Origin: Granulosicoccus sp.
GTDB taxonomy: Bacteria; Pseudomonadota; Gammaproteobacteria; Granulosicoccales; Granulosicoccaceae
Assembly: GCA_045106475.1 (NCBI GenBank)
Contig: JBGCEO010000093.1
Location: 100 to 64,099 of the forward strand
Length of the DNA stretch: 64,000 nucleotides
Direction of reading: 5' to 3'
Shown: positions 11,257 to 20,734 of the stretch, piece by piece
Layout of the letters: every line of letters begins with the position of its first letter
How positions within the stretch are numbered: the stretch's first letter is position 1
Notes under the pieces: model-generated
What the model was told of the DNA's origin: nothing
What the model saw: only the letters and a program-made list of their open reading frames with translations
Database searches by the model: none
Position numbers and translations under genes: made by a program

Positions 11257-11826
11257 ATGACAATTAATGCACTCTGTGTATTTTGCGGTTCCAGCCCTGG
11301 CGCTCGTCCGGACTACATAGCAGCCAGTGAGGCATTGGCAGACCAGCTCATCCAACGTCAAATCACATTGGTGTATGGCGGTGCACACGTCGGTACGATG
11401 GGCTCACTCGCTGATCGCATGCTTGCTGGAGGTGGTCAAGTTATCGGCGTCATACCTCAAGCTTTGGTTGATCTTGAAGTGGCGCATCGTGGTTTGACCG
11501 ACCTGCAGATCGTGCCTGATATGCATGCGCGAAAAGCGGCAATGGCGGCACAGGCAGACGGATTCATTGCTTTGCCAGGCGGTTTAGGTACCTTTGAAGA
11601 GTTATTCGAGGTGTTAACCTGGGCGCAACTGGGGTTCCACTCAAAACCCTGTGGGGTTTTAAACGTGGCAGGCTTCTATGATCGCCTTGCTGATTTTCTT
11701 GATCATGCTACAGCTGAAGGGTTTATGCGTCAGTCGCACAGGAGTCTGTTGCTTTCGGATTGTTCAGCCAATGCCTTGCTTGAGCGTTTCCTTGCCTTTG
11801 AGCCGATATCTGAACCCAAGCTCTAG
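11257..11826 (+). CDS. LOG family (TIGR00730) nucleotide phosphoribohydrolase
   Basis: 189 aa. VFCGSS, LVYGGAHVGTMG and the PGGxGTxEE motif (LPGGLGTFEE) are present. Confidence 0.85.
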   Translation: MTINALCVFCGSSPGARPDYIAASEALADQLIQRQITLVYGGAHVGTMGSLADRMLAGGGQVIGVIPQALVDLEVAHRGLTDLQIVPDMHARKAAMAAQADGFIALPGGLGTFEELFEVLTWAQLGFHSKPCGVLNVAGFYDRLADFLDHATAEGFMRQSHRSLLLSDCSANALLERFLAFEPISEPKL

Positions 11827-11850
11827 CGATTGGCTAGTGGGCAAGTTTTT

Positions 11851-12171
11851 TTACTGGCTGTTTATTGGCCGGCGACTATGGTCTGAGCCTGCATCATTTG
11901 TCGTACCGTTAGAGGTCTCACCGTTTTGTATGGAGACAGGATTTTCAGAATTCGATTCATAAAGAGGGCTCGGGTTTAGTTCTATAACCCCGGTTATGCC
12001 TGCGATGATGATGACGACAATAGCTACTATGGAAAGCCCGATACGCAAAGATAGCGCATTGACGGTGCGGTTTGATTGCCCCTTGTCTTTTACCAGAAAG
12101 TACAATCCTGAAAACAGACTGACAATGACAAAGCCAAGTAGCAGAAGAACTATAAACTTAACAAGCAGCAT
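11851..12171 (-). CDS. DUF2909-type two-TM small protein with an Asn/Ser-rich tail
   Basis: It has two TM helices separated by KDKGQSNRTV. It is located between coxC and SURF1, as in Pseudomonas-type cox clusters. The C-terminal ~35 aa are low complexity. Confidence 0.55.
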   Translation of the reverse strand: MLLVKFIVLLLLGFVIVSLFSGLYFLVKDKGQSNRTVNALSLRIGLSIVAIVVIIIAGITGVIELNPSPLYESNSENPVSIQNGETSNGTTNDAGSDHSRRPINSQ

Positions 12172-12188
12172 CGCTATAGATTACCACT

Positions 12189-12959
12189 ATGCGAATACTT
12201 AACCGCCATTTTTCTCCAAAGCTTTGGGCGGTGTTGCTCTACCTGTTTCTATTCTCTTGCATGCTAATGCTTGCTAACTGGCAACTAAACAGAGCTGATC
12301 TAAAAATCAGCCTCCAGGAAGCTGCAGAGTTAGCTCAGAATGCGTCGGCAACGCCAATAGAAGATATCCCTGATCTCACTCTTGCTGCCAGCAGCTATCA
12401 GCGCGTGTCCTTACAGGGTCGCTATGATGTAGCACGTCAATTTCTATGGGACAACAGAACTCATCAAGGCCAGGCAGGGTTTGAAACTCTGGTTCCGTTG
12501 GTACTTGCTGATGGGCGCTCTGTGTTGGTCAATAGGGGGTGGGTTGCTCCCGGCGTGTCGCGGCAACAATTGCCTTCTGTCGAGATGCCCGAGTCAGTGT
12601 TGAACCAATGGGTATCTATTGAAGGATTCCTATCAAGACCGTCTAAAGGATTTGCCAGCGGGCCTGCGGTGATAGCAGCGGCTACGTGGCCCAAATTGCT
12701 ACAATACTTCGACTATGAAGCCATCGGGTTAGAACTGGGTGGGCCAATTTTGCCCGTTATCGTACAAGCACAGGCGGTGGGCACAGATGCAGTGGGTGTC
12801 ACTGTGTTAACGTCTCGGCCTGAATGGCTGAAGGCCAACTGGCAGCCTGCGGCGTCTGGGCCTGCCAAACACTATAGTTATGCGTTTCAGTGGTTTGCCA
12901 TGGCTCTCGCACTGACAATTCTCTTTATCGTGGTAAACACCCACAAAATCGAGTCCTGA
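12189..12959 (+). CDS. SURF1 family cytochrome oxidase biogenesis protein
   Basis: 256 aa with N- and C-terminal TM helices flanking a periplasmic domain (VLVNRGWV motif). The cox-cluster context supports the call. Confidence 0.8.
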   Translation: MRILNRHFSPKLWAVLLYLFLFSCMLMLANWQLNRADLKISLQEAAELAQNASATPIEDIPDLTLAASSYQRVSLQGRYDVARQFLWDNRTHQGQAGFETLVPLVLADGRSVLVNRGWVAPGVSRQQLPSVEMPESVLNQWVSIEGFLSRPSKGFASGPAVIAAATWPKLLQYFDYEAIGLELGGPILPVIVQAQAVGTDAVGVTVLTSRPEWLKANWQPAASGPAKHYSYAFQWFAMALALTILFIVVNTHKIES

Positions 12960-12960
12960 G

Positions 12961-13620
12961 ATGAGCGATTCTTCAAGCAGCTACTCCAGTAACGAACAAG
13001 CCAGCCCGGAAATCGATCCGCTCGTTCGGCGTAATTCCCGAATCAAGCTGGTATCGATTTTTGCTATTTTTGCTGTGCCTTTGATACTGGCTAGCATCTA
13101 CCTGCATATGGTTCGCAGTTCTGGCGGGCAGCTCGGACTAACGTCTCGCGGCCAGCTCATCCAACCTGCCGTGCCGTTAACAGAATTCGCTTTGCAGCAA
13201 CAGGATGGCGAGTTCAATCTCGATAGTGTCAGAGGAAGCTGGACACTCCTCTATATGCCTGAAGGTGAGTGTACCGATGCCTGCGAACTTAACCTATACC
13301 ATATGCGTCAAGTGCGTCTTGCGCTCAATCATCGAATGGACCGGGTGCAACGGGCTGTTTTGCTTGAATCGGAAGATCAACTCAATGCCGAGCTGATAGC
13401 AGAGCACGCAGGGTTAATGGTTGCCCAGGGGAGTTTGGAGAATCAAGCCGCGCTGCGCGGACAGATACAGGCAGCAGAGGGTTCTATGGACAAGCTGGCT
13501 GATGCAATCTATCTGATCGATCCGTTTGGCAATGTAATGTTGAGATTTCCACCAGATTTACCCCCTAAATCAATGCTTAAGGATCTCAAACATCTATTAA
13601 AAGTATCCCGCATCGGTTAA
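12961..13620 (+). CDS. cox-cluster membrane-anchored thioredoxin-fold-like protein with CxxxC
   Basis: 219 aa with one N-terminal TM. It reads GSWTLLYMPEGECTDACELNLYHMRQV, which has SCO-like CxxxC spacing. It occupies the position of the hypothetical gene that follows SURF1 in Pseudomonas-type clusters. Confidence 0.45.
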   Translation: MSDSSSSYSSNEQASPEIDPLVRRNSRIKLVSIFAIFAVPLILASIYLHMVRSSGGQLGLTSRGQLIQPAVPLTEFALQQQDGEFNLDSVRGSWTLLYMPEGECTDACELNLYHMRQVRLALNHRMDRVQRAVLLESEDQLNAELIAEHAGLMVAQGSLENQAALRGQIQAAEGSMDKLADAIYLIDPFGNVMLRFPPDLPPKSMLKDLKHLLKVSRIG

Positions 13621-13661
13621 CCTTGCGCAACCCAGCCAAGCCGTTAGGGCAAGGGTAGCGG

Positions 13662-14606
13662 GTGCCAATTGCCATGAAATCAACAACTCAATTAAAAGCG
13701 CCAGAAAATCTGATTAGCCATGTTGTGCAGCATTGGCGGGATTACCTGGAAATCACTAAGCCCAAGGTGGTCCTGCTTCTGGTGTTCACGGCCCTGGTAG
13801 GCATGGCGCTGGCAGTGCCACTATGGCTACCGCTTCAGGAAACCGTATTTGGTTTACTGGGCATTGGCCTTGCGGCAAGCTCGGCAGCGGCGATCAATCA
13901 CATCATTGATCAACGCACTGACGCCATAATGAAGCGCACTGCGAATCGTCCTCTGCCTCAGGGTGCCTTGTCTACGCGACAGTGTCTGATTTTTGCCTTG
14001 CTTATGGGCCTGGTTGCCATGCTGATTCTGGTGTTCCTGGTTAATCCGCTAACAGCAGTTCTGACATTTTTTTCGCTGATTGGCTATGCGGTTGTGTACA
14101 CGGTTTATCTCAAGCGAGCCACTCCGCAAAACATCGTTATTGGTGGTGCTGCAGGTGCCATGCCACCGGTACTGGGTTGGGCAGCGGTAACCAATGAGGT
14201 AACTGCAGCTTCTTTGCTCTTGTTTTTAATTGTCTTTATCTGGACGCCACCCCATTTCTGGGCGCTGGCTATCCACCGCCGCGATGACTACGCCAAGGTT
14301 GATATTCCGATGTTACCGGTCACTCACGGCATACCGTTTACCAGGGTGCAGATATTTCTGTACACCGTGCTTTTGGTGATCATCACGGTTTTCCCATACC
14401 TGATTAGAATGAGTGGGCCTTTGTATCTGATCGGGGCTTTGGTATTGGGCGCGATGTTTTTGTTTCATGCCTGGAAGATGTTTGACGATACAGCCGTCAA
14501 GCAACCGATGAAAACGTTCGTTTTCTCCATCAACTATCTGATGTGGCTCTTTGGCATCATGCTGGTGGATCACTATGTGCCCACGGTTCTTGGTTTTTTT
14601 AATTAG
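13662..14606 (+). CDS. cyoE: protoheme IX farnesyltransferase (heme O synthase)
   Basis: It has the UbiA-family topology, with [21 protein letters not shown] and [10 protein letters not shown]. The start is ambiguous (GTG 13662 or ATG 13674). Confidence 0.92.
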   Translation: MPIAMKSTTQLKAPENLISHVVQHWRDYLEITKPKVVLLLVFTALVGMALAVPLWLPLQETVFGLLGIGLAASSAAAINHIIDQRTDAIMKRTANRPLPQGALSTRQCLIFALLMGLVAMLILVFLVNPLTAVLTFFSLIGYAVVYTVYLKRATPQNIVIGGAAGAMPPVLGWAAVTNEVTAASLLLFLIVFIWTPPHFWALAIHRRDDYAKVDIPMLPVTHGIPFTRVQIFLYTVLLVIITVFPYLIRMSGPLYLIGALVLGAMFLFHAWKMFDDTAVKQPMKTFVFSINYLMWLFGIMLVDHYVPTVLGFFN

Positions 14607-14726
14607 TGCTTATTTTCTGATAATTCGTAAAAACCGTATTGTAAGGCAACTAACTTCGGATTGTTCGAAATCTAAATTTCCGTAGAGTGGTGAAATCTTT
14701 TCTATGACTATCACTCTCCGGGTTAA

Positions 14727-16985
14727 ATGCCTGCAACAAAACTACATGCTGGATTTCTTGTCGGTTTAACCACAGCTGTGGTGCTTAGCATCTGGTTTGC
14801 TGCTCAGGTCACCGAAATTGCTTCCGGTCAGGCGATCGTATATCTGCTTGACTGGGTGCCGCGGCTGGATGTGCAGCTTGCGTTTCGCATTGACGGACTC
14901 AGCTTGCTGTTCTGTTTGCTGATCAGTTTTATCGGCACCATGGTTATCCTTTACACGTCGGAGTACTTCAAGGCGCACAGGGATCAGGGTCGTTTGCAGT
15001 GGCTGTTATTGGGTTTTATGCTGGCCATGCTCGGTCTTGTCACAGCCGATAACGTCATACTGCTTTTTATCTTCTGGGAACTGACCACCATCACCTCTTT
15101 CCTGCTGGTGGGTTTCGATCATGAAAACATCAAGGCACGCAGAGCTGCGTTGCAGGCCTTGCTGGTAACAGGGGCAGGAGGTTTGTTGCTGTTACTAGGT
15201 TTGATCTTGCTGGCGCATGTTGCTGGTAGCTATCGTTTGTCTGAAATCGTTGGCTCCGGCAATTTGATTAAAAACCATCCGGCTTATGTTCCGATCTTGA
15301 TACTTATATTGATCGGAGCATTTACTAAATCGGCGCAATTTCCTTTTCACTTCTGGTTACCCAACGCAATGGCTGCGCCGTCTCCCGTGAGCGCCTACTT
15401 GCACTCTGCCACTATGGTTAAGGCAGGAATCTATCTCTTGGCGCGATTGCAGCCGTCGCTGGGTGGAACAGAATTGTGGTTTTATACCTTGTCGATAGCG
15501 GGTGCAATTACTGCAGTCTGGGCGTCGGTCATGGCCTTGCGACAAACCGATTTAAAGCTGATGCTGGCCTGGACCACGGTCATGGCGCTAGGCACTTTAA
15601 CGTTATTTCTGGGCTCTGATGTACGAATAGCCGCACTGGCAGCAATGACTTTTCTACTGGTGCATGCATTCTATAAATGCGCTTTGTTCCTCCTCATTGG
15701 TAATGTGGATTACGCAACAGGAACAAGGGAGGTCAATCAACTGGGCGGCTTGATGCGCGTGCTACCCATCACCGGCATAGTTGCGGCGGCGGCTGCATTT
15801 TCGATGGCAGGATTTCCACCTTTTTTAGGCTTCATAGGTAAGGAGCTTAAGTACGAAGGGGCTTTGGCCATTGCTGAGGAGCCAGCTTTGATTGCAGGTG
15901 CTGCTCTGGCTGCCAATGCGATGATGGTGGCAGTAGCATTGACTATCGTCATTCGCGTGTTTGTGCGGGGTGAAACAAAATCTTCCCGTCACCCCATACG
16001 TGAGGTACCTTTTCGGATGTGGATTGGGCCTATGCTGTTGGCGAGTGCCGGTTTGTTTACAGGAATTTATCCTGATGTACTGGCGCGAAGCATTATTCAA
16101 CCTGCGCTTAATGAGGTGTTGCTGCAAGAGACTCAGGTAAAGCTATCGCTGTGGCATGGCATCAATGTTCCATTGATGCTCAGTGTGGCTACAGTTGTCA
16201 TTGGTTGCATATTGTTTCTTCGTATCAACATCATTCGCGATCGACTAAATCGGCTCATTGCCGCCTGGCCGCTGAGTGGTGACTCGGTTTATAAAGCACT
16301 ACTGGCTGGCGTAGAACTATTCGCCCGCAGGCTAACTGACCAATTACAAACTGGTTCGCTGAGTCATTATCTCACCATCATATTCAGTGTTTTTGTGATT
16401 GTGACAGGAGCCGCTTGGATCTTTAATAGCGTGCCGTTGCTCACGGTGACTGAACCGACAGATATTCCACCTCTGGCTTTGTTAGTGGTATTTCTGATGA
16501 TTGGCTCAACGTTGGCTGTCGCGGTGAGTAAATCACGTCTGTTGTCCATCTGTGCATTGGGCATAGTGGGCAGTGGAGTGGCGATTATATTTCTCATCTT
16601 TGGTGCAATCGATGTGGCCATCACGCAGTTGATGGTAGAGACGCTTTTTGTGGTGCTGGTTGCTGCTGTGATGCTCAAACTACCCAAGTTTCCTGGCACG
16701 GAACACCCAGGTCTCGGCGGTCGACTGCGTGATGCCAGTATTGCAATTGGCTGCGGAATCGTTATTGCGCTGATAACCATCAGTGTGGCCGGATCACCGC
16801 TTGATCTGTCGGTAACCGAATTCTTTGAAAGCGCCAGTTTGCCGGAAGCCTACGGCCGAAACATAGTAAACGTTATCTTGGTTGACTTTCGCGCCCTGGA
16901 TACCCTGGGCGAAGTTGCGGTGGTTGCAACGGCCGCGCTTGCGGTGATCGCTCTAGTCACTGTGCGACCTGGTCGCTCTCGCTGA
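14727..16985 (+). CDS. mrpA: Na+/H+ (monovalent cation/H+) antiporter subunit A
   Basis: 752 aa and polytopic. It has an NuoL-like core (FWELTTITSFLLVGF, SAYLHSATMVKAGIYLL). It is the first gene of a 7-gene overlapping operon. Confidence 0.9.
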   Translation: MPATKLHAGFLVGLTTAVVLSIWFAAQVTEIASGQAIVYLLDWVPRLDVQLAFRIDGLSLLFCLLISFIGTMVILYTSEYFKAHRDQGRLQWLLLGFMLAMLGLVTADNVILLFIFWELTTITSFLLVGFDHENIKARRAALQALLVTGAGGLLLLLGLILLAHVAGSYRLSEIVGSGNLIKNHPAYVPILILILIGAFTKSAQFPFHFWLPNAMAAPSPVSAYLHSATMVKAGIYLLARLQPSLGGTELWFYTLSIAGAITAVWASVMALRQTDLKLMLAWTTVMALGTLTLFLGSDVRIAALAAMTFLLVHAFYKCALFLLIGNVDYATGTREVNQLGGLMRVLPITGIVAAAAAFSMAGFPPFLGFIGKELKYEGALAIAEEPALIAGAALAANAMMVAVALTIVIRVFVRGETKSSRHPIREVPFRMWIGPMLLASAGLFTGIYPDVLARSIIQPALNEVLLQETQVKLSLWHGINVPLMLSVATVVIGCILFLRINIIRDRLNRLIAAWPLSGDSVYKALLAGVELFARRLTDQLQTGSLSHYLTIIFSVFVIVTGAAWIFNSVPLLTVTEPTDIPPLALLVVFLMIGSTLAVAVSKSRLLSICALGIVGSGVAIIFLIFGAIDVAITQLMVETLFVVLVAAVMLKLPKFPGTEHPGLGGRLRDASIAIGCGIVIALITISVAGSPLDLSVTEFFESASLPEAYGRNIVNVILVDFRALDTLGEVAVVATAALAVIALVTVRPGRSR

Positions 16986-16998
16986 TGAGTAAGCCAAT

Positions 16999-17418
16999 AT
17001 GAACTCTATTATCTTTACCACTGCCTGTCGGTTATTGATGGGTTTGATGCTGCTGTTCTCCCTGTTTCTGCTATGGCGAGGTCACAATGAGCCTGGCGGC
17101 GGTTTCATAGGAGGGCTGGTTGCCGCAGCTGGTCTGGTTGTTTATGGCTTGGCGGATGGCACGCAATCAATGCGAGCGATACTGCGTACAGATCCGAGAA
17201 ACATTGCACTTGCAGGACTCTTGCTGGCGATTGTCGCCGGCTTGCTGCCTGCGTTCTCAGGGCTGGATTTCTTAACAGGTCTTTGGGTATTCATCGGCGC
17301 TACTGCAACTGATAAAGGCCTGGCATTGGGTACGCCTTTGTTGTTTGATATCGGGGTTTATCTTGCTGTGTTAGGCGGCGTAGTCGGAATGGTAGTAGCG
17401 CTGGAGGAATCACTCTAG
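16999..17418 (+). CDS. mrpB: Na+/H+ antiporter subunit B
   Basis: 139 aa. It has an MnhB-like [13 protein letters not shown] motif and 4 TM helices. Confidence 0.85.
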   Translation: MNSIIFTTACRLLMGLMLLFSLFLLWRGHNEPGGGFIGGLVAAAGLVVYGLADGTQSMRAILRTDPRNIALAGLLLAIVAGLLPAFSGLDFLTGLWVFIGATATDKGLALGTPLLFDIGVYLAVLGGVVGMVVALEESL

Positions 17419-17816
17419 TGGAATTGCTCTTTGGACTACTCACTGGTGTTTTAATGGCTGGAGGAGTGTGGCTCATTCTGAGTCGTAATCTGGTTAGATT
17501 TCTATTTGGTCTGGTGTTAATCAGTAACGTGGCCAATTTGGTGATTTTTGCATCTGGCGGTGTTGTAGAAGGTCGACCCCCTTTAATTGGAGATTCCGGT
17601 GTCGTAGCAGGTGTTGCTAATTCGCTGCCACAGGCACTGGTACTGACGGCTATCGTTATCGGCTTTGGTCTGGTGTCCTTTACGTTGACCTTGGCACTGC
17701 GAAGTTGGCAGGCAATCGGTACAACTAATGTTGAAGACATGTCGTTGAGTGAGCAACGCCATGGTGAAACTGATGGGCAGGGCGGTGCAAGAGCTGTGGG
17801 TGAGTCACGCCGATGA
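17418..17816 (+). CDS. mrpC: Na+/H+ antiporter subunit C (NuoK-like)
   Basis: The GTG start overlaps the mrpB stop. It has 3 TM helices (LISNVANLVIF, QALVLTAIVIGF) and an extended hydrophilic C-terminal tail. Confidence 0.85.
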   Translation: MELLFGLLTGVLMAGGVWLILSRNLVRFLFGLVLISNVANLVIFASGGVVEGRPPLIGDSGVVAGVANSLPQALVLTAIVIGFGLVSFTLTLALRSWQAIGTTNVEDMSLSEQRHGETDGQGGARAVGESRR

Positions 17817-19390
17817 GTTGGTTACTGGTCAGTTGCTTGATAACACCCATGCTCACAGCCATCGTTGCCTTTTTATGGCCGGGTGGGCGCAGGGCCAAAG
17901 GCCTGGTGAGTGTTTTTGGTGCGCTCTTGTTGAGCTTGTTGGCGGCACTGCTGCTAAGAACTGTCTGGTTAGAGGGTCCGCTTAGTGCGCAGATGGGCGG
18001 CTGGCAGGCACCCATGGGTATCAGCCTTGTTGCCGATCATTTGAGTGCAATGCTGGTCATGGTCAGTGCGTTGGTGGGCCTTGCTGTCAGTGTTTATGCC
18101 TTGTCCGATATAGATTCTGAACGTGCAAGAGGGGGCTTCGATACGTTTCTGCAGATTCTGCTCACAGGTGTTGTTGGAGCTTTTCTGACCGGTGATTTGT
18201 TTAACCTGTATGTCTGGTTTGAGGTGATGTTGATTTCTTCTTTCGCTCTGATGGTTCTCGGTGGCGATAAGGTTCAATTGGATGGAGCAGTCAAGTATGT
18301 GGCGATTAATCTTGTTTCAACGGTGCTGCTACTAACCGCCATCGGCCTTGTATATGGACTGGCTGGCACATTGAATATGGCTGATCTGAATATTGCGCTT
18401 GCAGAGCTGGAAAATCAGGGTCTTGTATCTGTCGTATCAGTTTTGTTTCTGGTTGCGTTCGGGATTAAGGCTGCAGTATTTCCGTTGTATTTCTGGTTGC
18501 CTGCCTCTTACCATACCCTCCCTATCAGTATTGCTACTGTGTTTGCTGCACTGATGACTAAAGTGGGTGTGTATGCGTTGATTCGAACATTTACGCTTAT
18601 ATTCACAGCTCACAACGATGTCATAGAACAGCTCATCCTAGGCGTTGCACTAGCGACCATGTTGGTGGGTGTACTGGGTGCAATATCACATACCAATATC
18701 AGGCGTATTCTGTCATATCACGTCATAGCGTCGATTGGCTTTATGCTTATCGGGCTTGGACTTGGTTCTGCATTGGCGATGTCTGCTTCCATTTTTTACA
18801 TGATTCAAGGCATCTTGATAAAAGCCTTGTTGTTCATGATTGTTGGCATGGTGGAGAAACGCGGCAACAGCAGCGAACTGGCTGAGCTTGGAGGTTTGTA
18901 TCGATCATCTCCTGGCTTGTCGATACTATTTTTGCTGGTAGCTCTTGCGCTAGTGGGAATCCCGCCACTGTCCGGGTTTTGGGCAAAGCTAATGGTATTG
19001 GAAGCTGGGGTTTTGCATGAATCCTGGTGGATGATCAGCATAGTATTATTGACAAGCTTGCTGACGTTCATTCCTTTAATGAGAATTTGGTTTGAGGCAT
19101 TCTGGAAACCTGCGCCGGTCAACGATCTGGAAAGCCCGACATCGTCCATCAGCTCAACAGCTTCCACCCCTGTTAATGCTGATAGTGCTGATCCGTTTCG
19201 GTCCTCGTTTTTCCGACTTATTCCTGTGTTAAGTCTGTCTGCCATTTTGTTGCTGATCGGCATGAACCCTACATCGCTTATCGACCTTGCCGATTTGGCG
19301 GCCAAGAGTGTGCTTGATGTCAGTGCTTATAGAGAAGTAGTACTAGGAGCCCAGGATGTAGCTTCTGCAACGAGGGAGCAAAGCTTGTGA
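17813..19390 (+). CDS. mrpD: Na+/H+ antiporter subunit D (NuoM/N-like)
   Basis: 525 aa and polytopic (LYVWFEVMLISSF, FGIKAAVFPLYFWLP). It overlaps mrpC by 4 nt. Confidence 0.9.
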   Translation: MSWLLVSCLITPMLTAIVAFLWPGGRRAKGLVSVFGALLLSLLAALLLRTVWLEGPLSAQMGGWQAPMGISLVADHLSAMLVMVSALVGLAVSVYALSDIDSERARGGFDTFLQILLTGVVGAFLTGDLFNLYVWFEVMLISSFALMVLGGDKVQLDGAVKYVAINLVSTVLLLTAIGLVYGLAGTLNMADLNIALAELENQGLVSVVSVLFLVAFGIKAAVFPLYFWLPASYHTLPISIATVFAALMTKVGVYALIRTFTLIFTAHNDVIEQLILGVALATMLVGVLGAISHTNIRRILSYHVIASIGFMLIGLGLGSALAMSASIFYMIQGILIKALLFMIVGMVEKRGNSSELAELGGLYRSSPGLSILFLLVALALVGIPPLSGFWAKLMVLEAGVLHESWWMISIVLLTSLLTFIPLMRIWFEAFWKPAPVNDLESPTSSISSTASTPVNADSADPFRSSFFRLIPVLSLSAILLLIGMNPTSLIDLADLAAKSVLDVSAYREVVLGAQDVASATREQSL

Positions 19391-19860
19391 GTCCATTTGC
19401 GATAAATCTTGCATTGGCTGTCGTTTGGGCAGCATTGTCCGGGAGTTTTACACTGGCCAGTCTTATGGTTGGATTTATCGTGGGGTATTTTACCCTTTGG
19501 GTCATGCAGCCTCTTTTTCCGGCAAGTCGATATTGTCAAAAACTACTAGGAGTTACCAGGCTTGCATTATTTTTTATCTGGGAGCTGATGGTGTCGAGTT
19601 TGAGAGTTGCCTGGAGTGTGATTATGCCTTTACGGCAGAGTAAGCCTGGAATAATCAGCATCCCGCTGGACGTTAGTAGCGATACCGAGATTACCGTTCT
19701 GGGTAATCTGATTTCACTAACACCCGGTTCCTTATCGCTGGATGTGTCGGAAAACAGGAAACATCTGGTTGTACATGCGATGTTCATTGAAGACCCGCAA
19801 GCCTTTCGACGAGATATCAAGCAGGGCATGGAACATCGTGTCCAGGAGGCTTTACGCTAG
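19387..19860 (+). CDS. mrpE: Na+/H+ antiporter subunit E
   Basis: 157 aa with an MnhE-like layout (two TM helices, then ITLTPGS-like ISLTPGSLSLDV). It overlaps both neighbours. Confidence 0.85.
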   Translation: MSPFAINLALAVVWAALSGSFTLASLMVGFIVGYFTLWVMQPLFPASRYCQKLLGVTRLALFFIWELMVSSLRVAWSVIMPLRQSKPGIISIPLDVSSDTEITVLGNLISLTPGSLSLDVSENRKHLVVHAMFIEDPQAFRRDIKQGMEHRVQEALR

Positions 19861-20228
19861 TGATCTCAATTTCAGCTGCATTGGACATCGCCATGGCGCT
19901 GACAGTTGTTGGCCTGGTTGCCGCGAGCATTCGGCTCATTCTGGGCCCCACTCGCGCCGACCGAGTGGTAGCTTTGGATTTGATAACGGTGTTGTTGGTG
20001 TCTATCGCTGCCCAGCTGTCCTTGTTATACAAAGAAGCTGCCTATCTTGATCTGGGCCTGGCCATAGCATTGGTGGGGTTCCTGGCAACTGTGGCGTTTG
20101 CCCGTTACATTGAGAGAGCGCCTGGATCATCCACCATTGCTAACAGTGACGCGTTAGCTAGTGAACGAGACAGTCCCGATCAGGAATACGATGATATGAG
20201 TTCCACGTCGAAGGGGTCCACAACGTGA
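19860..20228 (+). CDS. mrpF: Na+/H+ antiporter subunit F
   Basis: It has 3 TM helices and RLILGPTRADRVVALD, plus an acidic C-terminal tail. Confidence 0.85.
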   Translation: MISISAALDIAMALTVVGLVAASIRLILGPTRADRVVALDLITVLLVSIAAQLSLLYKEAAYLDLGLAIALVGFLATVAFARYIERAPGSSTIANSDALASERDSPDQEYDDMSSTSKGSTT

Positions 20229-20575
20229 GCCATTTTCTGATTGTTTTTTTACTGTTAGGTGGCGGAATTTTTGCTGCTATAGCGGGAATTGGCTTGCTGC
20301 GATTTCCAGATGTTTTGATGCGTATGCATGCTTCCACCAAGGCCGGCACGCTCGGTGTCGGACTCAGTGTTATTAGCGTGGCTATCTTCTTTGCAGATGA
20401 TATTGTCACAACCAGGGTTATCTTGACAGTCAGCTTTATACTGTTAACTGCACCTGTTGCTGCTCATCTTATCGGCAGAGCTGCCTACCGCACCGCAAGT
20501 CCTTTGTGGTCTCCAACCATTATCGAAGATGATAGTGCACGGCAAGACAGCGATAGAGTTACGCCTTATGAGTAA
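20225..20575 (+). CDS. mrpG: Na+/H+ antiporter subunit G
   Basis: 116 aa. GLLRFPDVLMRMHASTKAGTLG is the MnhG signature. Confidence 0.9.
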   Translation: MSHFLIVFLLLGGGIFAAIAGIGLLRFPDVLMRMHASTKAGTLGVGLSVISVAIFFADDIVTTRVILTVSFILLTAPVAAHLIGRAAYRTASPLWSPTIIEDDSARQDSDRVTPYE

Positions 20576-20734
20576 TTCTTCACATCCTTGTGCCGGGAAT
20601 ACCTTTGTTGAACCCAAGCCATCGCTGCCGCAAGTATCTGGCTTGGATGCGATTTTGCAGGTACCTGAGCTGATGTCCATTGTTGAATCGTCTGATGGGC
20701 CAATGCCTATGCAAATCGAGAAGCACTAATACCT

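Noticed and set aside
17300-19305. Long minus-strand ORFs (146 aa at 17300-17740, 96 aa at 17725-18015, 166 aa at 18805-19305) within the mrp operon.
   Set aside because: They are antisense to mrpB, mrpC and mrpD, whose products have clear family signatures and operon-style overlaps. The antisense products are low-complexity Ser/Pro/Thr/Ala-rich artefacts.
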